64,000 bases of DNA. Origin: Convolutriloba macropyga. Its lineage: Eukaryota. Shown here in pieces: positions 46,911 through 60,993 of this stretch. The translations under genes and the position numbers were made by a program. Where the stretch lies: positions 18,786,001 through 18,850,000 of the forward strand of contig NC_134482.1 of the NCBI RefSeq assembly GCF_964194025.1, in the 5' to 3' direction. The notes below the pieces were generated by a model. The model did not search any database. It worked only from the letters and a program-made list of their open reading frames with translations, and had not been told where the DNA came from. Position 1 is the first letter of the stretch. Each line of letters starts with the position of its first letter.

Positions 46911-47316
46911 ATGAAACCCAATTTTAGCTCAGGATTTGACCAGTCTTCATCAAATAAACAAAACGACCTAAACAACCCTCCATCGAAATCTGGAAGTTTA
47001 AGGAATCATTCCCGATGTAGCAGTGGAGAAGTGGGGAGTTTGATTGCTGCACCTGCCCCCCAAAGTGGGCTTTCCCAGGCGCACGATGAGCTGACAGTGC
47101 GTGAAATACTTTCATCCCTTTTCCCGCCATTCAGGGAAACTGGGCCCGTTTTGTTAGCTCAGAGCGATGCCTTAATGCAGCGAGAATTTGGCGGTCAGCT
47201 CGAAAAATTCTTGAATGATTTTCTATTACAAGCAAAGCCTATGCTCCAATGGATTAGAGACGATGCGAAAAATGCTCTGTTGAATCGAGAGTTTTGTCCC
47301 GCTATTCTTCCCGAAG
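46911..47316 (+). CDS. PLEKHG4/PLEKHG4B/ARHGEF40-family RhoGEF, coding exon 1
   Basis: 'ILSSLFPPFRETGPVLLAQ...FLNDFLLQAK' matches the family N-terminus (LY/FPPF..T.P.LL.Q). The donor is GAAG|GTAAG. Confidence 0.8.
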
Positions 47317-47354
47317 GTAAGACTTAAGGTCATAATGAAAAACTTCCCTTATGC

Positions 47355-48930
47355 TTCTAGTTATACTGCTTACATGACATTTATTGCTCCTTCACTATTA
47401 AAGTCAAATTCGAAGCATATAAGTAAGTGACAGTACTTGTTTAGGTCGATTCGAACAAAATTTGAAAACACGAAGAGATCAAATTTTTACATTACTCGCA
47501 TTACTCTGAAGGAAATTTTGAGTTTAAAATTTCGTTCACTTTACTAAGTGGCTTATGCGACTTTTTCGGCGCAGTTTTTTAAGTCTCAATGTTATCTTTG
47601 TAGGCTGAAGTCTTCTCTTCTATATTTATGTTTGGGGTCATTTTTTACCGCTTTAAGCATACACTAAAATCTTTGATACGAATGTAAGATGTTTTTGTTA
47701 TTTTGCCGTATAAGCTTTTTAGCGGTTTTTTTTGTTCGCATGCCAGTTGATTTTCCTAAAGAAATTTGGCCAAATTAATTTTTTTTGCCTGTTTTGATCT
47801 TATCTGCCAATTTTCATTTGTTTTATGCTTCTCAATATTTTTTCTCGCTCAACTGCTTACTTAGAAGTGAACCATAGATGCTGTTATTAAAAAGATACAA
47901 TTGAATATTTGATATTTCAGTCTTCGCTGAACTGAGTTGTCGTCACTTTTTTGCCTTGAGTTTTTGCTTTTTTCGTGCTGCAGAATATATCTTTGGTCAC
48001 ACTTGTATTACTACTCTCTGAAAATGGCTATCTTTGCGCTCAAATTAAGTTGCATGATTGGTATTGGGGCGTTTTCTTTGAAGATATGTTAATACTTTCT
48101 CATTTTGATGTCAAATTAAGTTGCGGAAGCAATTATTGTCAAGGTGTTGGGCGTTTTCAAAATTTGCAAAATTGTAGCTTCACCGTTTTGACTTTTCGAG
48201 TGACATATAGCAGTGGAAAAATTTTTGCTTCACCGTTTTGACTTTTCGAGTGACTTGACTTTTTCGTTTTGCGTGGTACAAATTTCTCTTGTTCACAAGT
48301 GTCAACAGCTGACCTCAAATGGCGGAAGCTCAATACTAGAAGTCAAATGAAAAGTGCGCCAAAATTGATATATTTTTTTAAATTAAGTTTCGTTAGTGGT
48401 TATAGGGGTAAGTAATAACCTCCTATGACGTTATTTGAAGCCCCCCTTAACGTCCCCCGCAGATGAAGCCGGCTGCAATAGATTAGAGCTCCCACAAGTC
48501 GTTGGAGAGCAATTCTTCGACGTTATTTGGTTAGGTTTATACTGCTTACATGACAATTGCTCCCTCACTTTTAAATATAGTTAAGTGACCGCACTTGTTT
48601 AGGAATTCGAAAACACGCGGGGAAGAGTAATTTTTTACACTATTCCGCTTTACTCTGAATGAGAGTAAAAAGTTTTCTTCACTTTAATGAGCGGCTTTTT
48701 CAATGCAGTTTTTAGTCTTTATGCTATTTAGTCTTATATATAGTTTGGGGTCAATTTTGACCACTTTAAGCTTATACTATGATTTTTGATTTTTATTATT
48801 TTGCCGGATCAGATTTTTAGCGGCTTTCTCATTCGAATGCAAGTTGTTTTTGCTTAAGAAAATGTACCAAATTAAATTAATTTTGGGTCTGTTTTTGAAT
48901 GTTTTCTGACCGCGTTTTTTATCCTTCTGA
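47355..48930. repeat. Two diverged direct copies of a ~0.4-0.5-kb repeat (~47360-47850 and ~48538-48930)
   Basis: Both begin 'ttatactgcttacatgaca' and share 'ttactctgaa', 'tttggggtca' and 'tttttagcgg'. A separate ~140-bp repeat at ~48415-48535 recurs at ~55105-55265. Confidence 0.7.
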
Positions 48931-51627
48931 ATATTTTTTTGCTCAAAAAAAATAAGGCTGGTGGCTGTTTTTTTCATTTGCCTTTGCGGCAATTTCATTT
49001 GAGTTCTATAACTTTAACTCCATTTTTTCCCATCTAATAGACTTTCCATTTCTTTTTCTATTTTTTTTTTAAATTCTTTGTTTATTAATAGCCGCCCTCA
49101 TCTTCTCAGCCAGCTATTATTGCGCTCGTATTTTTTTTTACTTCGTCAAACTTTTTTTCGCTTTACCATTTTGCCGCTTTTTCGACATTTTGCGTGAAAT
49201 CTTTTTGACTTCTCTAGGCTAGTTTCTCTCTTCTCTCATTCTGCTAAAAGTGAATTTGAACATCAGTTGCTAAGCAAAGCAATTCAAAATGAACAGAGTC
49301 GGTATAAAAAATTGAAGTCAGAAATAGAAACGGGATAAACCCATAAAGCCCAATTTTAGATGCCCGCTATTTGAACGTCGTTCCTATAAGTCTTAGTTAC
49401 CACCTCTAATGCTTATTGGTGTTGATAGTTGCCCCTGTAGCCTCTCTCTAAGAAACAGAAGTATGTTCAACTACGAAATGCCATCAAAATAAATCGGACT
49501 TAAAAAATGTTTTTGTACAAAAATTTTTTTTTTCAATATATTCTATTCTTTCAATCCCAATCATGCTTATTGGAATCAACGGCGGCTATTTTCCTGCAAT
49601 CTGCCGGATATGTTTGTGTTCGTCTGATTGTTAAATTAATCTAAATCTGTTTTATTGTATTAGTGTTTGTATTATTGGAGTTATTTGAACGTTTTGTTGG
49701 CCTATTTTTTACTGAAAGAAAAGATTTTTTTGTTTTGTTTGGGATATCTACGTTTAGTGTTTTGTCGGATGTATTGACTGTCACTGAATTAGTTTGAAAG
49801 GATTTTTAGAAAAATATTTGAAAAAGGTTCGTTTTTGTTCTCTGTTCGCATAGAATCAATATTTTTGGATAGTTCTTCAAAATTTTGTTTTTTAAGGCTG
49901 CAAAACTGAGCGGAGCTATATTGCGGTGCTCTTGGTTTTTACAAGAATTTTAATTGTATTGCTGTGCTGTAAAAGGTAATTTTTTTCACGCTGGAGTAGA
50001 GAGAAAGTGGAGCTGGAATAAGCGGAGCGAAATTTGAGAAGATATAAGGAGTGATTTTATCAAAAGTGCTTTTTAAAGTGGAGTGGGAGGATGGTGTTGA
50101 AACAGATTTTGGTTTCTTGAACGCGTTTTTTCTGCGTGCGGCAATTTGAATTCTGTTTTTTTTTCTGTTGCTTTTGTTTGCGTTACGAATACTTTTAAAT
50201 GCAATAGGTTTGTTCAAACAATGCTTAGTTGCACTTGTTTAAGCCATCAAATTGCAAAAAATGGTTTTCAAAAACTTTGACGCTATTTATCTTCATGAAT
50301 TAATTGCTTTTTGGTTTTTTGTTTTTTTGTTGTTTTGTTATCTTATCTCATCTCTGATCGGTCTCATTGTCTGTATTGCGTCTTGTTTGAATTAGTTTCC
50401 TGATTTGAAATTGATCGTTTAAAGACATTGACACCAACTCTTTTCGAAAAGTTTTGGCGGTTTTTTTTTCATCTTTTGTTTTTTTTTGCTGTATCGCTTA
50501 ATCTTATTATGAACATTTCTGTGAGGCTCTCTTCTGTTTTCCATTTTGATCACTTCAAAATTTTTTTCCACATCACGAAAAGTTTTCACTACTTTGGCTC
50601 CACTTAAAGTTTTTTTTCGGAATTTTGCCCTTCGTAGCTTTTTGTTGTTTTGTCACTTAGTCGCATTAATTAATGTTCTCTGTGGCTTTTTAATTTGGCA
50701 TGCTGGAGCTTTTGTAGGGTTTCAAAGTTGCATGTGTTATCGAATTTGACAAAGACTTTTTCCAAATATGAGTTTTTTTGGATTATGACCGTTTTGTTAT
50801 TGTTTTTTCTTGTGCTGTCGGTAAGTCTCATTAATGATAGGCCTTCATTGCTCTCCCACTAGGCATATAATGGATTTATATAATGGTATATATAAAGGTA
50901 TAGGTTTATAGCTAATAATTTAATTGGCTTCGACACCATTTGTTTTCGACTAATTTTGGGCTTTTGATTGTTGCCGCTTTTATTGCTACTTTCGTTGAGT
51001 GTTCCCCAATCGTTTTCTTCAATGTTGACACACTCTGATAGAAATTGCAATAGATGTTGAAGAATTCAATTTCTATTTGCGTGTTTGAATGACTTTGATG
51101 CCCCTTATTTTCAATGACATTCGTAAAATTTTTTGACGAATGTCGTTTGTGTTCTTTTGTTTTTTCTGCAGTCGTTTTCTACAATTTCGGCGTTTGCTTT
51201 CTAAGCAGCCATTGTGTAAATGTGTTCTCAAGACCTTGTTGGAGATGATAACCTCGATAACAGTATTTTTCTGAAAGAATTGAAATGAATTTGTTTTGTT
51301 GGTTTTAAAGTGTTCTGTTTTTGTAGTTTTTGTTTTTTTTCGTGGACGTCTTGTTATTTATGTTGTTTGATATCGGAGACTGATATTTTTCTCTTCAGTT
51401 ACTTCAATTCTTTGATTTGTAATTCAGGATTTGTCCTGCTATGTTTTTTGTTCAGTCGTCTGACGCTATTTTTTGTTTTACATTTGTTCTAGAATATTTG
51501 TCGCTTCACCTTTTTGGTCACTCTTTCAATTTTGATTCTTTCTTTTTTTCGTGACCCAATTTGCGTGCATTCAAAAATTGTGTCTGTTGCTAAATTAAAA
51601 TGGAACGTGTGATGAACTGTAATAAGG

Positions 51628-51698
51628 GACAGTTAGCCGAGTGGTTAATTATTCTGATTCTTACGCCGGGGATTTAGGTTCGAACCCCTGAGCTGTCA
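51628..51698 (+). pseudogene. tRNA-like sequence (tRNA pseudogene or SINE head)
   Basis: The acceptor stem GACAGTT/AGCTGTC pairs. It has an A box (TAGCCGAGTGG) and a B box (GGTTCGAACCC). The anticodon and D stems pair poorly; the possible anticodon is CTT. Confidence 0.6.
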
Positions 51699-52752
51699 AT
51701 TCTTTTTGAATCCAAAAATGTCCTCTATGATAGAATTAAGAGTTTTTAATTAAAATTTTTTGGGTGGCAGCGATAACCTTTTTTTCAGCCCATTTTTGTA
51801 TGTTTCTATGTGTATTTCACGGCACGCAAGTTTAATTCGCAGCAATTCCGTCATTTTCCCGGCTTTGTTCTTGATGTGTCTATTATCTGTTAAGAGAAAT
51901 GAGTGAGCAAAAAAAGCTATCACAATTCTGTTGAGAAATATTGTTGACCCCTTTGTGCTTTATTAATTAAATACACCAATGAGCGCGTAGTCAAAATTTT
52001 ACTTTAAGCAGATTTCTGAGTCTTCTGAGAATTTTTTAAAATTTATTTAATTGTTCTGTTCCTAAAACTTACTGAGAGCGCAGCTATCTCAAAATAAATT
52101 TCTTCATTGGTGTATTTAGTTTGAAAACAATCCAAGGAGAAGGAAACAAAATGAACTAAAAGTGATGTCATGAGAAAGTGATGCTATGGAATCTGCTTAG
52201 ATTATCTCGTTTCACTCAGTGAAGTAATTGGTTCCACTAAATAAGGCTACAAGAGAATATTGAGATCATTTGATAAGTTTAAAACTTGAATGGACAATGT
52301 TTTTATTATTTAGTTTTCTTAAAACACAGGGGAGTTCAAGATTTTTTGGCTGGCTTAGAACTGTAATGGTGAAGAAATGGCTTCGCTGAAATTAGATCTG
52401 TTTATTTAATTCATTCAATCCAATATCGTTAGCAAAATTTCTCATGTTGAAAAGGAGTTACTTTTTATTTTAAGTATCTTTGTTTTTGAATAGTTGTTTT
52501 GAATATAAAATTCTAACGCACATATGGCCATAGCGTTGATACTTGAATTATTCAGTTTTCTTAACCAGTTCTATAAAAATGAAAAGTTGGCTTTGAACAG
52601 TAATTTTGATCAGTAAGATATGACTAATGCATACAACTGCAGACTTTGAAGACCTTTTCAGTTTTCTGTGCTTTATTTATTATTAGAGAGAATAAAAAGA
52701 GCTCTTTGGTTGATGAATATTTTCAACTTTAATGAGCGATATGCGATTTCAG

Positions 52753-53067
52753 GCTGGCCGTTAGTTTTCAACAAAGGAGTTGTGGTGAACTTGTTCGATA
52801 TCTCAGAATCGCATCTGCAATCGGGTGATTTCTACCTTATCCTTGCCAAAGACAAATTGACCAATCAAACACAAGCAGGCAACTTGCCTTCCACCAATGA
52901 GAACTTGGACCTATTTGTGAAGTTTTTCGCACGTGGGACTGTTCATTCGTTCAAAGTTGGAGCTGAGAATTTCGAAGATCTGTTTTCGGAGGAATTTATG
53001 CACAGTGTTCCATTAGAAATGCACCAGGATGTTGTACTGCAGAATGTCCTCTGCTCTTCTAACAGAG
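52753..53067 (+). CDS. PLEKHG4/ARHGEF40-family RhoGEF, coding exon 2
   Basis: TTTCAG|GWPLVFNKGVVVNL...LQSGDFYL (family motif GWPL...GDFYL). Donor AG|GTATAT, phase 1-1. Confidence 0.85.
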
Positions 53068-53879
53068 GTATATCGCTTAGAAGTTGTCAATACCCAATGC
53101 CAAAATACCCAAATATACACAATATTTTAATTTTTGGCACATTGGGTTAATTGTCATGTAACCGGCTTAGAATTTAGCTTATTAACTTTTTAGTCAACTC
53201 TTTCAATTTTTACCCCCCCCCCCCCCCCGCCTCTCCAAATACGCAACTGTGCGAGGTCTTCAAATTCCCCGTTACTATTTTACCATTAGTGTTTTTATCG
53301 TATCGTATTATGAAAGTCAATCTTTGTTGTCTTGTCATAATTGATTGATTCACGGCAGCGTTTCCTCTTTTTAGTTCTTTTTTTTTCGCTTTTAATTCGC
53401 TTGAAAAAATGGTTGTTAGTTTATTCACATTGAGTATTGTTAACTGAGCACAAAGAGCGTATGAGCGTTTTTTGAGGGCATTTTGGTTAAATCGAGTTAA
53501 GCGAAGTGAGCGTTTGAAAATCTGGTCTCTTTCAAATAACACAGTTTAAAAGCTGTTCATATTCTACTGCTGCTTTTGTGTGTAAACTTGATAAAAATGT
53601 GTTTCAATTGACTTCTCAGTTTAGGTAGATTAATGGTATGCAAAATGGTTACGTGAATGGGTATCGAAAAGAGGGGGCGATTGAGACGATCGTTTATAAA
53701 GAGGATTGGAGATTTTATTATGGATATTTCGGATGTTCTTTTCGATCTGTTGGAGTGTAAGTCAAATATCTGTAATCGGATACCTTTATCAATGTGTTAT
53801 TGACGTCAATAACATCGGACAAAAAACCGGTAAAAGAGCATCAAAAAAGACGTCACCGTCTAAAACACTTGTTGCTATG

Positions 53880-54165
53880 TATAGTCTGTCCCATAAAGTT
53901 TAAATAATCGAACGTTCGAAAACACCTAAAACATGCAATCTGAATGTCAACGTTTTCTCCATTAAGCTTTCATTCGTCAATTTTTTTCTACGTCTTTTAA
54001 ATTTGAACTCTCATAGTAAGTCCCGTAAAGTTGCAACGCAAGCGAACGTTCGAAAAGCTCGGGGCGTGCAAATGTGCAGTGTTTTGCTAGATATTTCTAT
54101 GTTTTAAATTTGAACTTTGACCTTTCAACGTTCGAAAGCCTTGCAACTTTATGGGACTGACTATA
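53880..54165. mobile_element. Short TIR element (MITE), TA-flanked
   Basis: Inverted pair 'tatagtctgtcccataaagtt' and 'aactttatgggactgactata', with an extra left-end copy at ~54014. Confidence 0.7.
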
Positions 54166-57100
54166 CTATACACGTTGCTTTATATCGTTTTGAATTGAAT
54201 TGCGAAAGAGTGTTTCCATCTTTATTACAGTCAATCAGACGTGCATTATTAATGGTAATAGAAATATTTCAATTTTTTTATTGGCAGATGCAATATGGTC
54301 AAAAAGTTACATTTTCAAGTTGAAAATACTTAGCGGAAACTTAATAAATTTAACATAGGTTTAGTGGCTGTTCATCCTATTTCGTTCATTCTTGGAGCAG
54401 ACAAAGGTGCATAATGGCATCAGACTTTTGTTTCTGGCTACAATTATGTGAAGGGGAAAAATGGCGCAAAATACAAATATCGCGTGCAATGATAATGCAA
54501 CCCTAGAATTTGTTATAGGATTAAGCTTGATAATCTCTGCGGTGTAATTTGCATATTGAAAAACTTTCTAGCCTTTTCTATGTTCACTGCCATTTGCTGT
54601 TTAATCTTTATGGTTTTTTTTTTCGTTTTTTTTTGAGATTTCAAACGGAAAAGCGCCGTCAGGGATATTACTAATTGTTTCCTTTAACTTAGTTTTAATA
54701 GCATATGTTGCAACAATGATTGGATTGTGAAAAACAGAACACAAAATGTGTTTGTTTGTCTTTTTCAGAAGATAAGGCTAGTCTGTAGTCACGGCTGCTA
54801 AGCTGAAATTACAAGCCGTGTTAGCAGCCGTGTTAAGAGATGCGGACACAATCATCTTCATAGTTTAATTTTGAACGTCTAGCCAAAAGTGGAAAGAAAA
54901 TACATGCGTGATGAAGAACAGCCAATACTATTGTAAACCCAATGTTGTAGACAACTCTATAGGTGTACGACATTTTCATTTTTAAACAATGATCAATTGG
55001 GCGTAGACAACCAATTAAATAAATTTTCCCATCTTCTGTAATTAATTGCTCTTGAACGAAACTGGTGCCATTTTTTACTTTAAATCTTAATAGTGGTGTA
55101 TGTTAACCTCTAATGTGGTTATTTGAAGCCCACTATTGAACTTCTTAGTCCCATTTAGGCTTCCCCTCCCTCCTCCCCCCCCCCCGACTGAAGCAGGCTG
55201 CAATTGATTAGAGCTCCCACTAGTCCTCCGAGAGCAATTCTTCCGACGTTTAGTCGGTTATGTTATTGTTCCGACCCACTTTAGTGGGGGGAGGAACTAT
55301 ATACTCAAATAGTTTTTTTTTCAGTCAGTCTTGGCTGATCGATTTAATCATCGTAGAGTTCTGAGTGGTATCATTAGAAAGCCCGTCCAGCGTAGAATAT
55401 GGAATTAGAGAGATTTTTTGATTTTCGCTTTTTACGGTGTTATCGAGGTTTAAATTTTGTGAATTGGAGACAATATTTCGATGTTTTCCCTTTTCCGTAT
55501 TTTTTGGCCAAATTTCCGTCAATTTTGCTTAAATTTGTTAAAATTGTTAACGGTAGTGGTATTAATTTTATCTTTAGGGGAGGGATAGAGTAGGGATGCT
55601 GAATTGTTCGATCCGAGTTTTTATGCTAATTTCCTCAAATTTCACCTTTGTCAAAAAAAGGGACCAAATATTTCTTTTCCTCTCTTTCTTTAATTTTGCC
55701 GGAAGTATAGACCTGAAAACTGTGGTTTTGTTCTTAGTAAGCGCCAAAAGAGGTAGATGTACTCCCACTGGCTTTAGGAGTATTCTCGAATAATAATTTT
55801 GCCAGTTTTTTTTTGCACATTTAAACTCGATAATTATACAAAATGCTTTATTTTTGATACTGTTTTTTTCAAAATTGATTCATTTCCCAACTATTTGAGC
55901 AATTGAGTGTTTTTTTTAGAAGCGAAGCGGAGCAATATCAGGGCTGCTCTTGATCTCACCATAGATTCTTACGTTAAAACAATTACTTAGATTTTAAATG
56001 GGTGTGAACTTTTTCAAAATATTTTTGCATTTATAGATCTTGTAAATAAATGACAAGTTTCAAATCAGGGCTCAAGTACTGACAGATACTATTTACTTAA
56101 AATGAGGCCCAACAAACATTGTGGTTTCAGAGTTAAGCTCATGGTTTTTATGGTTCTGACCAATTGTTTTCGAAAAATTTGTTTTGCTTTCATTCGAAAT
56201 ACTTTTTGTAATCCAATGACTTAGTCTCCCCAATCAAAGATTCAATTGGCTTCGTTAAGAAGTCTTAGTTAACCTAGACATTTCTTTCAGTTATGTAATG
56301 TCTTTTATGACTTAAAATATATTTGTTTTGAGAAATTGTTCAACTTCTGGCGTAGTCTCGGTTAAAACAGGCGAAAACCCATTTCTGGTGAGTTATAGTT
56401 TAACTTTGTATCGGTTTTATGTTTAACTAATGGTTTCTGGTACTACGAGTTTTCAATTTTTCCTTTTTGAGCATAATTTCACATTTTGCTGTTGAATTAC
56501 CACTTTATTGACAAGTCCAATTGAAGGAAAGCATGTTTGTAAAAATGCACAGCGTTGAAGGAGGCGTATCTGAATGTTTTTGTTGAATAGTTTATGCTCC
56601 TGGGCTGAAACAGTTCTCTAGCAAAATTATGGATTTGTTTTCAAATATTTGTTTTCAATAACATTTTTCAAAGTCTTTCGGTCGATATATAGCTTAGTCT
56701 ATGTAAAGACAGGTCAAAACCCGTTTCCAATAAGTCATAGTTTTATCTTTATAGCAGATTTAGTTTCGACCATTTGTTTTTAGGCTTTTTTACGAGATTT
56801 TTTGAATTGTTTGATTTCATGTTCGTAGTTCTAAAGTTTTTTCCTTTTTTTTAAATTACAACATTACTAGTAGGTCCCATTGGCTTCACAAAAAAATGTG
56901 CAATTGAACATTTTTATAATGTTCTTAGTGACAAACTTCACTGCCATTTTCGCGCAAGTTAAAATGATCTTTTTTAATTTTGTGGGTATTGTCTTTTTTT
57001 GTAGTTATGACGTACACTGGATAACTACAGGTCTCAATTGCTTCCTATTGAAATATAAATGAACAATTTAATGATTTCAGTTAATGTTAAATTAAATCAC

Positions 57101-60100
57101 TTCGAAGGTTATTGTTTTCTAGGAATTTTTTGGCACTTTACTTTATTTGCTGTTTTGTCGACCTGTTATCCATTCGGTTGAGAACAGGTCCATAATCTTT
57201 TCTAACGAAGGATAGGTTAATTTGTTTTATTTAGGTTTTATCTGATGCGATTTTGATTTTGTTTTTTTTACTATATAGATCAAGTTTTAGCCGTAATTAA
57301 TGTTTATTTTTTTGTCTTTTCTCGTAATCCTATTAACAAGTTTCATCGGCCCTCTAATGTGGCATTAGTGGCAGGTCTCATCGGTCATCTAATTGCGCAA
57401 TTTTTTGCCCTTTAGTGGTTTGTATTAGCTTTTTCTAACTCTACGTCAATTGTTCTTGAACGGTATCTGATTTTTTGAAAGTATACTATCTCTTCCTCAT
57501 TTGATAGCCAATTAAGTCAAATGTGGATGAGCGGGTTGGGAACAGTGCTTACGCACATTACCGAGCCTCCTTGTTAAAACATTTCTTCAACCTAATGTAA
57601 CAAATTTACGAGCTTATACCATGCTGCACTAGTCTTGTGGTCTTAGGGGTATTTTGTGTCGTTAAATACAAATATGGTATAATGTGTGGCACGGACCTAA
57701 TAATGCCAAGTTTTTTTTGGTTCTATTTGCTATTTTTGAAAATGGCCGAAATGAAATATGACAAAAAGTTAGTTTATCTAGCTGCAGTTATTGGATTTTG
57801 TCAACAGAGTTGATTGAAGTGAATGAAAATTAGAACTAGCTTTAAGCTTGTTAACCTGCACTTTGAAATTTAACTTTGTAGAATCAAGTATTTCAGTCAA
57901 TTACATTCCGAATTATTATATTGTTTAATAGGCGCGAAGAGCTGTTTTTGGTTTCTCCGTGGCTTTTACTTCTCGAAGAGGAGTATTGGTTTATTAAGTT
58001 TTTTTTTGCCGGAAGTACTGTTCGTTCAGGCGGCGTTTTGACCTAAAAGCGAAAGAGTTGTTGTGTGCCTTAATTTTTCTGAGCGAGAGAGGTTTTTTGA
58101 TCACGCGCTGCGTTCAGTGAATGACTCTTCGACTTAAAAGTGTTTTTTAACAGAATGGCACATAAATAACGGTTTTTTTTTGCCGTTTGTCTAATTGGCC
58201 CACTTTTTTGGATACCACAAGGCTTTGCAGAGCCAAATAATGCGTTTCAAGTTCAAAATTAGCACATTTTTCTTGATTTTTGCGGTTAAATTTTGGCTTT
58301 TTGTCCATTAATTTTTCGGATCTTTCAATTTGGATCAAAAATCAGTTTATATGGCTGCTTCCCATTGGTAATTCATAAACTGAATGCCTCTTCCTACCGC
58401 GTGGTAATTTTGTTTTATAAAATTGTGCACATCCTAATCCGATTTTACTAGTTTTTTAATTATTTTATCTTGATTTTCTAGAAACGGTCTTTTTTGTAGC
58501 ATCAGGATAGTTTCGTTCTATTATTAATTCATTTTTTTGGCGTTCAGTTTTTGAAATACAGTTAACATTTTTTCACAAATGCAATTTTGAAAGTTTTTTG
58601 ACCTTGCAATATATTTCAAACGTTTCCACCAATCTTTGAATTTTGTTTGTGCTTTTGTTATCTGTGCAGTAGGATGGAAGTCTAGAATACTAAATTTTGA
58701 ATTATCTGTTTTTTAATTTTGATTTTCAACTTTCAAGAATCAAGAAGTAGTTCTTTTGTTCCTGTGTTTCTTACATTGTGTCTAATTTCTGAATATTCTA
58801 GCATCCATCATACTAGCATTCCTCTACCACGTATATTTATTCGTTTTGCTCTTCGGTTAAAAAATTTCGAACGAGTTTAATTTTTCTTAGGATTTTGTCA
58901 CTTGGTTCTTTGGTTTGCAATTAATTTCATTCAACAGATGCAGCAGTGGGAATTTGTTAGAAATACTTAGAAATTTCTACTGATTACTGCTTTCTGCAGT
59001 TTGTTTTGAGGGCTTCGGTAATTTTTATTTTGCCTTTAATTTTGAAATAGTTTGATTTCATTTTGTCTATCACATCTCCAACAAGGAAGAGGAATATCTA
59101 ATTTTGGTCTTAATAGCAGTACACTGACAACTAAGTGTATTGATTTTAGAGTGTTTGTTTTTAGTGTTTGTTTTTTTTGAAAAATTTAATTTATCTGCCT
59201 TATGTTTGCACAAAATCTCTTTTCGAGTATTACAGTTGATTGCGGAGTTTTTTTTCAAGACCAGTATATGACTTATCCCATGACAATTTATAGCACTGCC
59301 AGTTTTTGGAGCCACTCAGTATTTTGACCACCCTAAGAATATTGAACATTTTTTTAACGTTACCAAATATTTTGTGTAATTTGGCTGCATTCCTTTCTCG
59401 TTGACTTTGGTATAAATTTTGGCATTCTTTTCAAATCAAACCCGTTGTGGTGAAGAATTGATGGTTAAATACAAAAGGTTATGGTAGCAGCTGCATTTAC
59501 GGTGTTTTGTGAAGGTTTTACTCTTCGAGTTGCTTCCAGAATTCGTCCAACTATGTATTAATTGGTCGACCTCAGTTTTTTTTACAACCATTTGGGAGTT
59601 CGAATCTTTTTAATGACTCCCTGGCGCTTCGCGGCTACTAATAATTTTTTAAAAATCGTTCGTAATCAAGCACAGGATTTGAAATCAGCTTTTGAAAAAG
59701 CTTGGTGAGAACTGTTTGATAGCCGCTGTCATCCTATCAAATTTTATTGCACTGGTGCTCTGACGATTTTTAAAATTTGTTCACACGTTTTTGATGCCAG
59801 TGAAGTCAAATGCCAGTGAGTCAAATTAGATTGGCGGTGATGGTCACAGTGGAATAGTAAGAAAACGAAGGAGTAGTTTAGTGCGTGATTTTGTTTAAGC
59901 TGCTTTTAAAGTGGAGTGAGAAATTGGTGTTGGGACGAGCTATCGGTTTTTGAAATCGAATTTGTTTCCAAGCGGCAGTTTCACTTCTATCTTTTCTATC
60001 TTTGATGATTTTTTCTTCCTTACTTTCTTACATAATGGTTAATAGACGCAATCAATCTATCCAGGGCTATCATTTAGGCTTTTTTTGTCATCCATGAATC

Positions 60101-60753
60101 TGATTGTTGTTTTTTGTATGATGTTTTCAAACATTTTTCCATGTTGTTTTTTGTATGATGTTTTCAAACATTTTTCCATGACATCGAGCTTTTATAACAG
60201 GATAAACACCCAGTGAGCGTTAAGCTTCATTAGAGGATCTAAGCTGCCTTTAATTGTCTTTCCAGTGCTTAGAGTGCTCAAGCTGCTGGCAAGGCCTAAA
60301 TGCAATATGAGCAAGGTGAAATGTTTATTTTTGGGATTATTTGAGCCCAAAATTGTGCAATTTGTGACGTTTTTTCGTCATATGATATTTTTTGTTTGAT
60401 TGGGGTAAAATTCACGTTTTTCAAAGGCGACAAATGTCTTTTGCAAGCCTTAAGTTCTTTTTATGTCCGTTTTTTGAGCTATATCTTTTGTTAATGCATA
60501 CTTAAGACTCGCAAATTGATTTTTATCACTTTGAAATTTTTGTCATTATCATGTGTTTTTTTATCCTCAGCGCACAGTGAAACTTCCAATGAGTTACTGC
60601 ATAGTTTTTAAGTTAACAACCCCAGCCAGGTCTGTTTCTGTGATTTGAGAGCAATTAACCGGACCTTAGTCAGCTATACTTCTTTATTGCTGTTGACCAA
60701 ATTAGTTCTTAATTTTTAGTGTTCCTTTTTTTATTTGGTAACTGTTGTTTCAG

Positions 60754-60993
60754 GCATTGTGAATTATTCGTGGGCGGATGTTGTTCTCACCAAAACAGCT
60801 GGATGTTCCTCAGACGAGGGGGCATCTGAGAGTGGGGGAGGCAACTCCTATTTTTACGACCGGGTTCCATTCGGTTCCAGGCCTCGAACTTCCCTCAAGA
60901 ATGCGACATCAGCTCTGTCTTCGAGTCTTCCCGATTTGACCTTATCTGGCATTGACGTGGAACTTACTAATTATTCATCCTCTATTGCTCAGG
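60754..60993 (+). CDS. RhoGEF coding exon 3
   Basis: TTTCAG|GIVNYSWADVV...SSIAQ|GTAAG. 240 nt, phase 1-1, GC-richer than its flanks. Confidence 0.75.

Noticed and set aside
54300-60700. Additional RhoGEF exons in the T-rich intron
   Set aside because: Exons 2 and 3 already join in phase. This region shows only degraded repeats, for example 'gcttttaaagtggagtg' shared between ~50070 and ~59900, and a short tandem duplication at ~60105-60180.
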